NCBI GenBank assembly: GCA_051362555.1
Contig: CM120640.1
Location: 1,488,001-1,552,000, forward strand
Reading direction: 5' to 3'
Source: Lingula anatina
Lineage: Eukaryota > Animalia > Brachiopoda
DNA length: 64,000 bases
The notes under the pieces were generated by a model. It was not told the DNA's origin. It saw only the letters and a program-made list of their open reading frames with translations, and did not search any database. A program made the translations under genes and the position numbers. Below are positions 1 through 11,300 of the stretch, piece after piece; position 1 is the stretch's first letter, and each line of letters starts with the position of its first letter.

Positions 1-912
1 ATTATTTAGGACTTCAGAGTAGTAGCATTAAAACTTTTTTCATTGATTTTAATCATATAAAAAATATTGAAATACAATGAATTTTCTTTAAATAATTCAC
101 GGCACACATTTTTAAAAAATGGCACACTTTTTTTGACCAAGTGGGCCAAAATGGCCCGACCAGATTTTGACCCAGGACAATCCCTGCTAACAGACAAGCA
201 TTTTTCCAAGAGTGAAAATCTAAAAAACGTTACAAAAGTTGGAAGCTCCACTTCACTATGACTTATGTTTTAATTTAAGTCAAAAATTGGAATAAAATTT
301 ACAAAGGATACATGATCTTGTGTTAAAAGATTAGAAATTAAGATAGGCAACCCAGATGTAAAAAGGATAAAACTTAAATGCCAGAAAGCAACCAAAATGA
401 AAGACGTTTAAACTTAAACCTTTAAACATCCTATTACATCTGGCCTGAAAATTAAAAAGCAACGATTTAAAATGCCAGACAATAATATTCATCAAAAATG
501 AAGTGAAAATATACAGCTTGATTATTTTGTTGTGGGCCGGTAAAAAAAGGTGTGGGCTGACAAAATTTAATTTGCTCCAGCCCACATGTCTGGTAAGTTT
601 TCAATCTCTTTCGCAATCACTGTCAGTGATACAAACTAGGAGCTTTCTTGTTCTTTTTGTTTGTCAGGTTGACAAATTGTTAAAAAGTGGGTAGGGCTAT
701 GCAAACATACGAGTTGTTTTTGCACTCTTTTTGGATTATATTCAGACTTCAAACAAATCAGTGCATACTGCATTACATTAAGATTTTGCATAACTGCTTT
801 ATGAAAATATGTTTTCTTTTATTTAGTTGCACTGTACATGGAGATAATTTAAGTTCATTTCTTATCACTATGTAAAATCAGTACAGGGTTAGAGGTGGTT
901 GTATATTTCCAG

Positions 913-3900
913 AATTTGAGTGAAGTTCTCCATGACCATGATGAGACCAATGAAGAGCTTGAAGAACAAATTCTTGAAGAGAGCGCAGAAATCAGCAATG
1001 ATGAAAATGACATTGATGAAGAAACCATGTAAGATTAACACAATCCTTGTTATACAGTCCTTCTTAAACATAAGAAGGAGTCCACTTTACCAAGTGAAAA
1101 ATAAAAAGCAGTTGTGTGAAAAATGATATCAGAATAAATTGATTTATACCTGTTATGTATTTCTCAAGACAAAATTAAACATATAAGCATTAAGATTTGA
1201 AGTTTAGAAATATTGTGTATATCTTTATAACTATGCTATATTTCCAGGTCTCTTGACAATGATGTTGAGAACAGCCGGCAGTGGGAGAGCCAGGAGACGG
1301 CTGCCTTGGGTGGGGGAGACTCTGCCAGGAATAGGTAAATAATACCACCTTTATTAGTACAGCACCTCAGTGGGAGACCTAGAAAGAAAAGGGGGGGGGG
1401 GGGGGCCAGGAGTCCACCGACTAACATCAAAATGCCAGAGGATAGGATGTGGCGCCAAAGGAGGAGGGAAGTGTATTTAAAAAAGAGAGGTGTATTTGAT
1501 ATAAGTGTGGAAGAGAATGCTATATTTGGTATAACTGTTCATGTTGTCACTTCCAGAGAAGGAGATGATGATGAGCTGGTGTTGTTACAGCTGTTAGACC
1601 TGCAGGACAGGGGGTCAGAAGAGAGGAGGGTCCCCTTCCCAAAACCCAAGAGATACACCTCCGCCACCACCCTGAATGCTACTGCTGCTGTTCCTACCAG
1701 TGCTGCTACTACTGCTACTGTCACTACTGCTACTGCTACTGCTGCTGAGCCTGCTGTGCCAACGGGTGACAGACAGTTTCCTGCATCTGGTAAGACAGTG
1801 CACAGCAATTGAATAGCAAAAAATTAGCATGTTTGAGCGAGTGCATGCTTGAACGCATGTGTAGTTCTGTTTTATGGGATCAAGTGTTCTGTATGAAACA
1901 ATTTGCTGCTATGTCAATCAAATGGTGTTTAAGGAAATTGTTATGTTTTGGAATTTGTGTATGAAAATGCCTGTCTGCCACCTTATATAACCTGTATGTT
2001 TCAGCATTTATTTGAAAATTTATTTTATTTTTCTGTGGTATTTTGAAAGTATTGGCCTACAGGAATGAATCATTCAATCTTTTCAATGGGGGAGAATTAT
2101 TAACTTTTCAGAGGAGTGATTTTAGAATCATTAAAAATATAATTCTTGGTTGCATTTGTAGTGCTTTTTCTCTGTAATAAAAGTAGAATTATAAGGTAGC
2201 CTACTTTTCAGTTTTCTTGCTACCAATCAATAGAAATATTCTCATTTTAAGAAAATTGACTTTTAAAAGATACAGTACCTGTGAAAGTCACAATTTTCCC
2301 ATTGAAAAGATTGACTCATTACCATAGTGATCAGAGACTTTAGCATGTACACTACAGTAATAACAATAATAATAAACTTAATTTAACAAGGGTAAAACAT
2401 GTTAAGTGTATAATCTTATCTTACACATGGCCCTCTGAGGGGTTAGAATGAAATATTGTGAATAAAATATTGTTAATGAATAAAAGATAAAAGAATACTG
2501 GATCACACATCTACGCCTTATGATAATAATAACAATAATAATAATAATAATAATAATAATAATCATCATCATCATCATTATCATCAAGCCCTATGTTGTC
2601 TTCCAGACCTTCACCAGCAAACTGAGCAGTGGATAGAGAGGGTCAAGTCTTACCTGGAGCGGGTGTCCAGTAGCAGGAAACACAAGTCTAAAGACAGCGG
2701 TCAGAGAAGACCAGCTCATTCTAGTCGGGTCAGCAGTGCCAAAGATCGCTTCCACTCTGAGCTGGCTGAGTTGGGAGTCTCCTTGCCACCTGGGGGCAGC
2801 AGTAGTGGCAGTGCAACAGGGTCCTCTGCTCAAGGTGGGATGATGCTCTTACTTTTAACTCATTGTTAATTTTTTGAGGAAGTTGGTGAGATTTTTTTTT
2901 ACTTTTGCCACATTCCTATTATTTTTTATTTCAAGCAGCAATTTTTGAGATCATTGTATTTAAGCCTACCTTTTAAAATTAATTAGACAATTTGTCTTAA
3001 AATTCATCTTGTATCTTAATTTGTAATGAGGTGGAATTGATTTTCCCAAAGAAAATATAGTCAAACATGATCTTTTTGTTATTCTACACATTAAGGTACC
3101 TGTTCAAAATTTTCCTGCTTAAACTTCACACTTTCTTAATATATCTTATATAATTGCTAATGTTTATTACTGCTGTAGAGAGACTGTCAACATCTCGTCC
3201 CACTGCCAGACTGTCTAGTCCAGACCTACAGCAATCTCCCAAACTACAGGAAGATGGTGCAGCCAATGAAAGCCATTCTACCACAGGTAAACTTAGTGTC
3301 CTTTGTCAGCCAATGAAAGCCATTCTACCACAGGTAAACTTAGTGCCCTTTTTCAGCCAATGAAAGCTATTCTACCACAGATAAACTTGCCTTTGGTCAG
3401 TACTATCTTTAAAAGATTTTTTTGGCATTTCCAGATATTCAATTTAAATTTTGTATCTTAAACTAGGGTCTATACTATTTACAAGAATTAAGAATTTATA
3501 AACCATTGATTCGACATGAGTAGAAATCTAAAATAAAAATTTATAATACAAGATAGCCCTAAAAAGAAACAAGATTTTTAAAAATATCTTTTAAATATTT
3601 TTTATTATTTGACAGAAGGGAAAGCATTGTTCTAGTCTGTTAGCTCAACTAATAAATAAACTTTGAGTTTAATATATTTTGTGGTCATTTAAGCTGAATG
3701 TCTAACATGGGTTTAGTTTGTCTAAGTGATGTTACAATATTTGTCACACTGTTATTTGTCAAATATTATTTTATCAAAACATAACTTAACAATATATTGC
3801 AGTAACAGTGCTGTCAGGAATTTGAAAGTAATAACTCCCTGTATATTATGATTACATCTTTTCTATGACATGTAACTTACAGCTTTGAGCACATTCACAG

Positions 3901-6077
3901 TCAATTTTTAGAAGTCAAAATCAGAAGTCAATATCAGATCTTTCTGTGATATTGTTGTAGTAGTTTGTACCAGTTCACCGAGTTCTTTAATCATGTCGTT
4001 ATATTCCTGTTGACTAAAATCTGAGTGGATTTTATGAGATCTGTTATTATCAAAGTTTTTATGATCAGAAATATTATTCTCCCAAGCATTCAGTACTTTC
4101 CTGTCACAAGGTTTACTGGAGGTATTTACCTCTGTGGAGTTTTGTCTGGAATAGATTTTTGGAAAATCCTCTGCAGCCTTTCTGCGATGGTGTTTGGGCT
4201 TTGTGTTACAGTTTCTGTTCCGTTTGTTGGCAAACCAAGCTTTAACTTGCCCTAGAGATATCCCTCCCTGCTCAGCCAGGTCTCTCTTCTCCTCCTCTGT
4301 GGGGTAAGGATTCTCACAGTGCATGTCATACCAGTTTTGCATGATTTCTACAGCCTTAGGATTTAAAAGTCTGTTCTTGGTTTTTTTGGTTGTGCAGAGC
4401 TCTGGGTCCTCAGGGAGAGAGTCTTTGAGCAGGTTTAAACTGGCACTGACTCTGAGAGTGAGATGGACTCTCTGCTGGTCGTGGAATTTATGGATCAGTT
4501 TCAGCTGGTGCTCAAAGCTGCTCCTGTCCATGGTACCAGCCAGGTCGGCAATGGCGTCGCTGCGCTGGGTCTCGATCACAGCACACTGCGTGTTGAAGAA
4601 TGACTCCAGCTGCGCGACTTTCTCGTTCTGTAAACTAGACAGTTTACGGAACTCGGAGTGCAAGACGGCCTCCAGGACTGGCGTGGCCTGACCCTCCTGT
4701 TGACCACTGCTCATTTTCTCTGGACTGACCAAGGAGTAAGGGACGGCTGCCTGCTGACACTGGGTGGCCAGGGTGGCCTGGAGTTCTGAAAACATGGGGT
4801 GAGCACTCAGCTGGAGGAGTTTCCCATCTCTGACCTGGAGTCCTGTAGACTGGTGACGGGTGGCCTGGTCCACTAGAGATGCCATGGGGATGTGGACTGC
4901 CTTGCTCCTTGTTTACTTCCCCCTTGATTTGCTCTCTTGTTGTAATGTGCCACTGACCTCAGCAGTAGTTTCTTGTTAAATTAAATTAATTACTTAATCC
5001 TATTCTTGTGAGGTGATATTTACAGTTCCTTGAACTAGATATATTCACCAATTTGAGGAAGATACAGTTTCAAAAGATACACTTTAGTCCTCCATTCTCA
5101 CACTGATGTCTGTTCTCTGCCAGTGGCTCTCCTGTAGCTCCAACAGTACTCTCATGAACTGGTTGTGTTACTCTCATTAACTGGCTGTGTGGTATAAGTG
5201 CCTTGTATCTTATATGTCACCAAGACCAATAGGGACAGCTAATTTAAGGCTGGGTGAATGGGGGAAAACTTCCTCTTCCATAAGACCATTGACTCCATTA
5301 TTATCACCTTACTGCTGCACTACAGGAGGTCCCCAGTCTCTGTGGCCAGGTAGTGTTAACATCAGTGCACTAGACTGTGTGATAATTATTACAGGTAAAG
5401 GTGGGCAGTGAGGGGAGGGGGGGGGGGTCCCCCTTGACCAAGTACTACAGGTAGTGTTAACATCAGTGCATTAGACTGTGTGATAATTATTACAGGTAAA
5501 GGTGGGCAGTGAGGGGAGGGGGGTCCCCAGTCTCTGTGGTCAGGTAGTGTTAACATCAGTGCACTAGACCGTGTGATAATTATTACAGGTAAAGGTGGGC
5601 AGTGAGGGGATTGGGGGGGGGGGGGGGGTCCCCAGTCTCTCTGTGACCAGGCACTGTTAACATTGTGTACTGTGTGGTATGATAATTATTACAGGTAGAG
5701 AGGGCATGGAGGACTGACAAGGGGGTGGAAGAGGTCAGACTGTCAGGGTGGGGCAAATTAATTGAAGGAGGGGGGAGGGCTTACCTGCTTGATTGGTGGT
5801 AAGGACAGTTGATTCATATAGTCTTCCAGACTGACATGAAAATAGAGGGAAGTGTTACAATGGCAGTGAACAAGAACAGTTGAATCATGCAGTCTTCCAA
5901 ACTGACAGACATTCTAAGTCCAATAAGAAATAATCCCAGTTTGGATTAGGTTCATTCAAAAGAAAACAAAATGTGTGCCTCTAAAGACCTAGCTGTACCC
6001 TACTCTTGGGACTGAACAGGTTTTGATGATGTTAATATAAACAGAAAATGCTTTTTGGGCCACTTATTTACTAGAAT

Positions 6078-6125
<48 letters not shown>

Positions 6126-8390
6126 ATTAATGCTATGCCTAAGCTTTTTCTTATAAGGAACTCTGCAAGTTTTATATTATACTATACATTGTATAAATTT
6201 AATTATTTGGTTATTTCTTTGCTTCCCATCCTTTAAGTGTAGAACATTAAATAAGCAGAAGAATTTTAACCCTGTGAGTTTAATATTCATTGAAATCTTT
6301 GTTTCTTCAAGAAGTTATAAAGAGAAGGCCTTCTCTTTATAACTTCTTGGTTTCTTTAAACCTATTAATCTGCTGAAGAGATTTGTTATTTATGATTGAT
6401 GTACAAGTAGTGTTCTTGACATGTGAAAGATATAGTGTATAAATAGGGATGAAAGAAATGGTGTATAAAATAACATGGCTGGGAATCATATTTAGGTATA
6501 CAAACATCACAGGAGAAATCAACCTGTAGATGTGAACAACACTTGATTCCTGTGTCACTGAAATTCCTATTACCTCCAAGTTGTATTTCCCCATTCTGTC
6601 CACAATGACTGTAAGTTATTGTTCCCATGACAATTAGCCTACCTTGCCTTGGCATGCCCTCCAGATATCAAACACCATTGTAGAACAGATGGACAAACAA
6701 CCACTTATCCTGCTCCCTCAAGTCCCCAGTTCCTTGCCAGTCCTCTTTGTTTTCCTCCCACAGTGTAACATGCCTCCACATCAACAGTCAGGTATCAATT
6801 GTTTAAAGTCAGCTGAGGATGTGGTCTTAATGCTGTTCCCTGGGGGCACCTGCTGGGCAGTACACACCTTGGTGGTGGTGGTGTCAGTTAGGAGTGGGGG
6901 GAGGATGGCAGGTAAACACTGAAGGTGAGCTTAAGGAGGTGTGAACACTGCATCATTGTGACCCCAGGGGTGATTGGGTCTTTGATTGGTGGTCAGTTTC
7001 TCTTTTGGTGGTCAGGCTCTCTTTCCCCTCAATACAGGACAATGATGTCCACTTTCTGGAGTAGACTTGGGGGTTTTGGTAAAGACAGGAAATATAAGCG
7101 GCTGGACAATGGGGGTTGAGAGGAAGGGACAAAATTGACTGAAATTCAGTGTTAGGTATATATAATGTCAGACTACAGATTGTTATAGAGATTAATGCTG
7201 TTAGGATTAATATAATTGTTATGAAAAATATTTGGAACCCAAAAGAAATAAAATGAATCAGATAAATAATGTAAGTTAAATTTGCAACTACTTTTAACCA
7301 AGTAATCACTGTAAAAAAAGAATGCCGTTGGCGTAGAAAGCTTGCAATACTCTTAAACTTTTTTTGCTGAATTCTCAAAATTCCAGGCTATATCAGTACG
7401 CCTGCAACATCTGAATCACTTTTGGAGCAATATTGCAAAGTTGACTTCATGATGTCAGGTAGATGTTTCTGATTATTGCAAGTTAAGCCCCAAGCAGTAA
7501 CCTGGAGTAATTATCAATATTTGTTGTCCACAGGTGACCTAGATGGCGAGCACAGCACCCCGAGTCTCCCGGGGAGTCCTCTGGACAGTTCCCTAGAGCA
7601 GTACCCCATCTCAGACATCTCCACATCAGAGGTGGCCTGCATCCCTGCTCTGAACACTGCCAGACTGGTGGCCAGGATGAGGTGAGGTCACACCACCATT
7701 ATCCACCAATGAGAATGCAGTTGTTTGCCAACTGAAGGGTGTCTTCATGTGACTTACATAATTATTAACCAATAAAAATGGAGATAGATTTCAGTTTTAG
7801 GATGACATTATATCTGATAATATTTATTTAATTGTTTAAAAAAAAGATAAGATTTTTCAAAGATTTGCTATTTTTTCTTTCCAGTCAACTGGTAGAGGAA
7901 GCCACCAAAGCTGAGGCGGCTGCTGCGGCAGCCAATGGGGCTCCCAGTGGGCCAGGAGGAGGAGGTAACACGGGGGTCACAGATGTCATGTTGTTTAAAG
8001 AAATCAAATAATGAATGGACTGGATTTGGTGCAAAAAACCCTTTCATATTAATGGGTTGTTTGGGGTCTTCAACAATTTTTCTGGTACTTTTTCTCTCCC
8101 TCTCTCTCTCTCTCAAATTTGAAGAAAAATTAATTGGGAATCCTTTTCCTATTCATCAAAATATTTGCACCTTTCCTCCCTATTTTCCTCCAGATGCATC
8201 CAGTGACAGTGCAACTCCAGGAGGAGAAGATGCCAGTGAAGACCCCAGTGCTGACAGAGGTCCCAGCTCCCAGGGAGACAGCCTGGGCCCAGGTGGCAGA
8301 TCCCAGGGAGACAGCCTGGCCTCAGGTGGCAGATCCATGGGTCCCAGCAGGGTCACCCCCACTGTGGAGTTTAGCACCAATGACAAGTAG
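913..8390 (+). CDS. TRIM37: E3 ubiquitin ligase TRIM37, C-terminal exons (gene begins upstream of window)
   Basis: In-phase GT-AG exons 913-1028, 1248-1334, 1557-1789, 2607-2834, 3179-3286, 7534-7681, 7885-7964, 8194-8390 (TAG). The spliced peptide contains NDIDEETM|SLDNDVE and ELVLLQLLDLQDR, matching recalled TRIM37 acidic-tail motifs (DEETMSGENDVE; LILIHLLDLKDR). Tail-to-tail position with PPM1E matches human. Confidence 0.75.
2058..2326. mobile_element. MITE-like inverted-repeat element, family A copy 1
   Basis: Imperfect terminal inverted repeats tcaatcttttcaatggg...cccattgaaaagattga with TA-like ends; a homologous copy lies at 23830-24094. Confidence 0.6.
2522..2586. repeat. (TAA)n/(CAT)n microsatellite
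   Basis: Direct inspection. Confidence 0.9.
3260..3389 (+). repeat. 47-bp tandem triplication spanning a TRIM37 exon end and splice donor
   Basis: cagccaatgaaagc(c/t)attctaccacag-(g/a)taaactt at 3260, 3307 and 3354. Confidence 0.9.
3908..4885 (-). CDS. Intronless TALE-class homeodomain protein (divergent PBX-like; possibly a spiralian-specific TALE/SPILE-type gene), nested in a TRIM37 intron
   Basis: 325-aa ORF. Homeodomain at ~aa168-230: KNRLLNPKAVEIMQNWYDMHCENPYPTEEEKRDLAEQGGISLGQVKAWFANKRNR, with the PYP loop extension and WFxNKR helix 3. Candidate TATA (TATAAG, minus strand ~5208-5213) and minus-strand AATAAA at 3601-3606. Confidence 0.9.
   Translation of the reverse strand: MASLVDQATRHQSTGLQVRDGKLLQLSAHPMFSELQATLATQCQQAAVPYSLVSPEKMSSGQQEGQATPVLEAVLHSEFRKLSSLQNEKVAQLESFFNTQCAVIETQRSDAIADLAGTMDRSSFEHQLKLIHKFHDQQRVHLTLRVSASLNLLKDSLPEDPELCTTKKTKNRLLNPKAVEIMQNWYDMHCENPYPTEEEKRDLAEQGGISLGQVKAWFANKRNRNCNTKPKHHRRKAAEDFPKIYSRQNSTEVNTSSKPCDRKVLNAWENNISDHKNFDNNRSHKIHSDFSQQEYNDMIKELGELVQTTTTISQKDLILTSDFDF
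5328..5700. repeat. ~95-100-bp tandem repeat (4 copies) upstream of the TALE gene
   Basis: Unit caggtagtgttaacatcagtgcactagactgtgtgataattattacaggtaaaggtgggcagtgagggg repeated 3 times almost exactly, plus a degenerate 4th copy. Confidence 0.9.
6078..6123. repeat. (TTTA)n microsatellite
   Basis: Direct inspection. Confidence 0.9.
6550..6660 (-). mobile_element. Possible degenerate non-LTR retrotransposon (APE endonuclease N-terminus) fragment
   Basis: Minus-strand translation ...VIVDRMGKYNLEVIGISVT resembles the RTE/L2-type endonuclease segment (ExxRYxxDILGISE). It is frameshifted and short. Confidence 0.35.
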
Positions 8391-11300
8391 GTGATTGCTT
8401 TGGGTGAAAAACAGAATAAACAGAAAACAGAAGTAAAGTTTACAAATTTTAATGGTTGTCGGTAAGATAATATTGCTTTGAGTAAGATTTACAAGATTTA
8501 ATTTTCTGAAGAGATAGTATTTGGTCCCATATTGAACTCCAGTGCTGAATTTTGAAGAAAAATATTATGTTTAAAGTAGAATTCGTATATTTCTTAATTG
8601 ATCATATTAACCATGATCTAACATAGAAATCTTTCTCTCCAGGAAAAGCCCAAGAAGTTCTGTCATATGAATCCTGATATTTAAGGAAACAGAGTTGAAG
8701 ATATACCGAACAACTGCATAATGAACAAGTTCACTTGGAACCAGTGGTGTAAAATCCTCTCTCGGATTCTCAGTAACAATGACCTGTTGTTTATATCCTA
8801 CATATGAATAGAGGGAGGAACAAGAGCAGGATGTAGAATGTTTCAAGAAAAAATGTGCTCCCAGACACCAAATGTTACATATAACAAAGAGAGAAGGGCA
8901 CTGCTTTGTTAAAATACACACGAATTGCCAAATATGCAAATATTTCACATTCAACTAAGTAGATTAGATTCTGTTATCAACACAATATGTATGTATGCTG
9001 TTTCAAATTTCTGTTGAACAAGCCTACTTGCACCTCTAGCACTGTTATATAGCCCAGTATTACCTTGCTAAAAGACCATTACAGTATTTTTCCTTTGTAA
9101 TGCACATTTCCTCACATAATTCTTTATAAGCAAAAAGAAAAAAAAAGCAATTATACCTTGTTTAACTCTTTTGAACTAAGTTTGTGGAGCACTAGTAATC
9201 AAATAACACTACAGGAGGAGATGGGGGGGGGGGGGGGGAGGCTGTCATTTTGACCTTTGGCTCCAGCTTACAGCCAAGAGCACTTGCTATTTTCCCTATA
9301 ACATGCTGAAAACTGCAGACCATGTAGAACACTGGATTAATGAGGTCAGCATTTAGTTAACATTGCTTGAAGTTTCTAAGTTTTCAACCAATTTTGTTTC
9401 TAGAGAGATATGAAGTTGAATTGACATGCTGCACTATATATATATAAATAAATTTATTTATATATATATATGGAAAAGTGCAGATAGACTACCAGTAACC
9501 AAGCTTGAATGTGGTCAGGAGGTGAATGTTTGGTGTCAGAGCTAACATAACATGCAGAGACCTGTTAAATATGACAAAGAATTCCAGTGTCCACAAAAAA
9601 GCTATGGAAAATTTTCCACCTATATATATACTAATTTTCTAGATACTTACAACTGTGGACGAGGATTCTGTACAATGATGCTATTTGTTTCCTTTTTTTC
9701 CCACAAAATATGTATTTAATTTTTTTCAATCTGTGGACCAAGTTCATCTGTGTTCACATTAGTTTACCAGTAAAAAGTCATGGAGGAATATGTGTAATTC
9801 TTATTGTGAAAGGTCAGGGTTAGAGTAAAGATTTTGCATGCTACATGGGAATTGGTTGTCTTTGGGACCAGGTACACACATTCCCTGAAATGTAACTGAG
9901 GTTTCCATTGATCAGCATTAGACAGGAGTTTTAAGATTATCGAATAAGATTGTCAAATGCTACAAGTGGTGCTGAGGATTGACTGTTTTTTTTTTTCTTT
10001 TTCTTTACTTACTGTTTTTGTGCAATATGAAATAAAATGTTTATTACTGTATGTAATTGCTTTATCTGTTTGACACTGTGTGTATGAATATGCAAGTTGA
10101 ACTTGTCAGAAATATGAAAATATCAAGACTGTTTTTAAAGAACTATGTTATTAACACTTGTATAACAATTACATATCTTATCCGATAGGTTAAACATGCA
10201 AGAACATCTTCAAATTTGAACCGTACAACTCATCATAATATGGCACATAGACTGACATCTGGCTCTTACAACTTCAGACACTAGGGATCTGTAAAAAGAG
10301 AGCACTTCCCAGCTCTCCAACTAACATCACAATCCCAGTTCAATGTGCACATAAAATTATTTTAAAAACCCAAGCACAATAATATGACTTGTGGAGAGTT
10401 ACATCTTTACAAAGTAAGTATGGCTCAATCTACAACTTATAAACTTGGGCTTATAATATTGAACCCATAATGTTTACTTTACTGTTTAAAACGTTGATGC
10501 CCAAATGACATTGAACAGCAAGACAAGTAAAAATAATGAACAAAGTTAAATTATCTTTAAGGTACAATATATTACAGTTTATATTTTAACACTAAGATGT
10601 GTTTCTTTCTTAAATATGAACAATTTATCTAACTACTAGTGTAAAAACAAACAAAACGGGCAAAAATATATCATTAGCCAACAAAAGTTATCAAGAAACG
10701 ATGGACCCAACTAAGGCATCAAACTTCAAACAGTAATTATCATTTTTTAATCCATATTAGTATTTTCAGGACCTATTTATTAGTATCACTATGGACGTAC
10801 TGAGTTGCAGGGTAACAACAGGAGGCTCTCTTAATATAGAAGGCCAGCATGTACTGGTATGGCAGTCTCCCATGGGACTCTGACACGCAGGGTGCAACCC
10901 ATAATGCATCACTCTCAGCTGCCTTGATGGGTCTTAAAGATGGAGGAAAAATCCATTCCAAATTACAATTAAAATATTTAAATCTGTGAGCATAACAATA
11001 TATTAACATTCTAAGGCTTCATCTTTTGGGTATTATAATTAAATAATATCAACAACAATAACAGCACCAAAGTAGGCACAACAATTCTTAATCAACTTCT
11101 GGGAGATGCACATCAGTAAACAAATTATTTCTACTCTTTATGAGACAATTTTGTGCAGACTGTCCTCTGTACAAACTGCAAACTAAAGGGACTGCACTGA
11201 ACCTATTATGCAGCTATCTAAAATGATTTTGCAAAAATATCATATATATTAATCTGTGATTAGAATAGTTATAGAGCTGTACCTTCAGCTGGTTACATGC

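Noticed and set aside
4025-4691. Plus-strand ORFs overlapping the TALE gene
   Set aside because: Antisense shadows; no splice context linking them into TRIM37.
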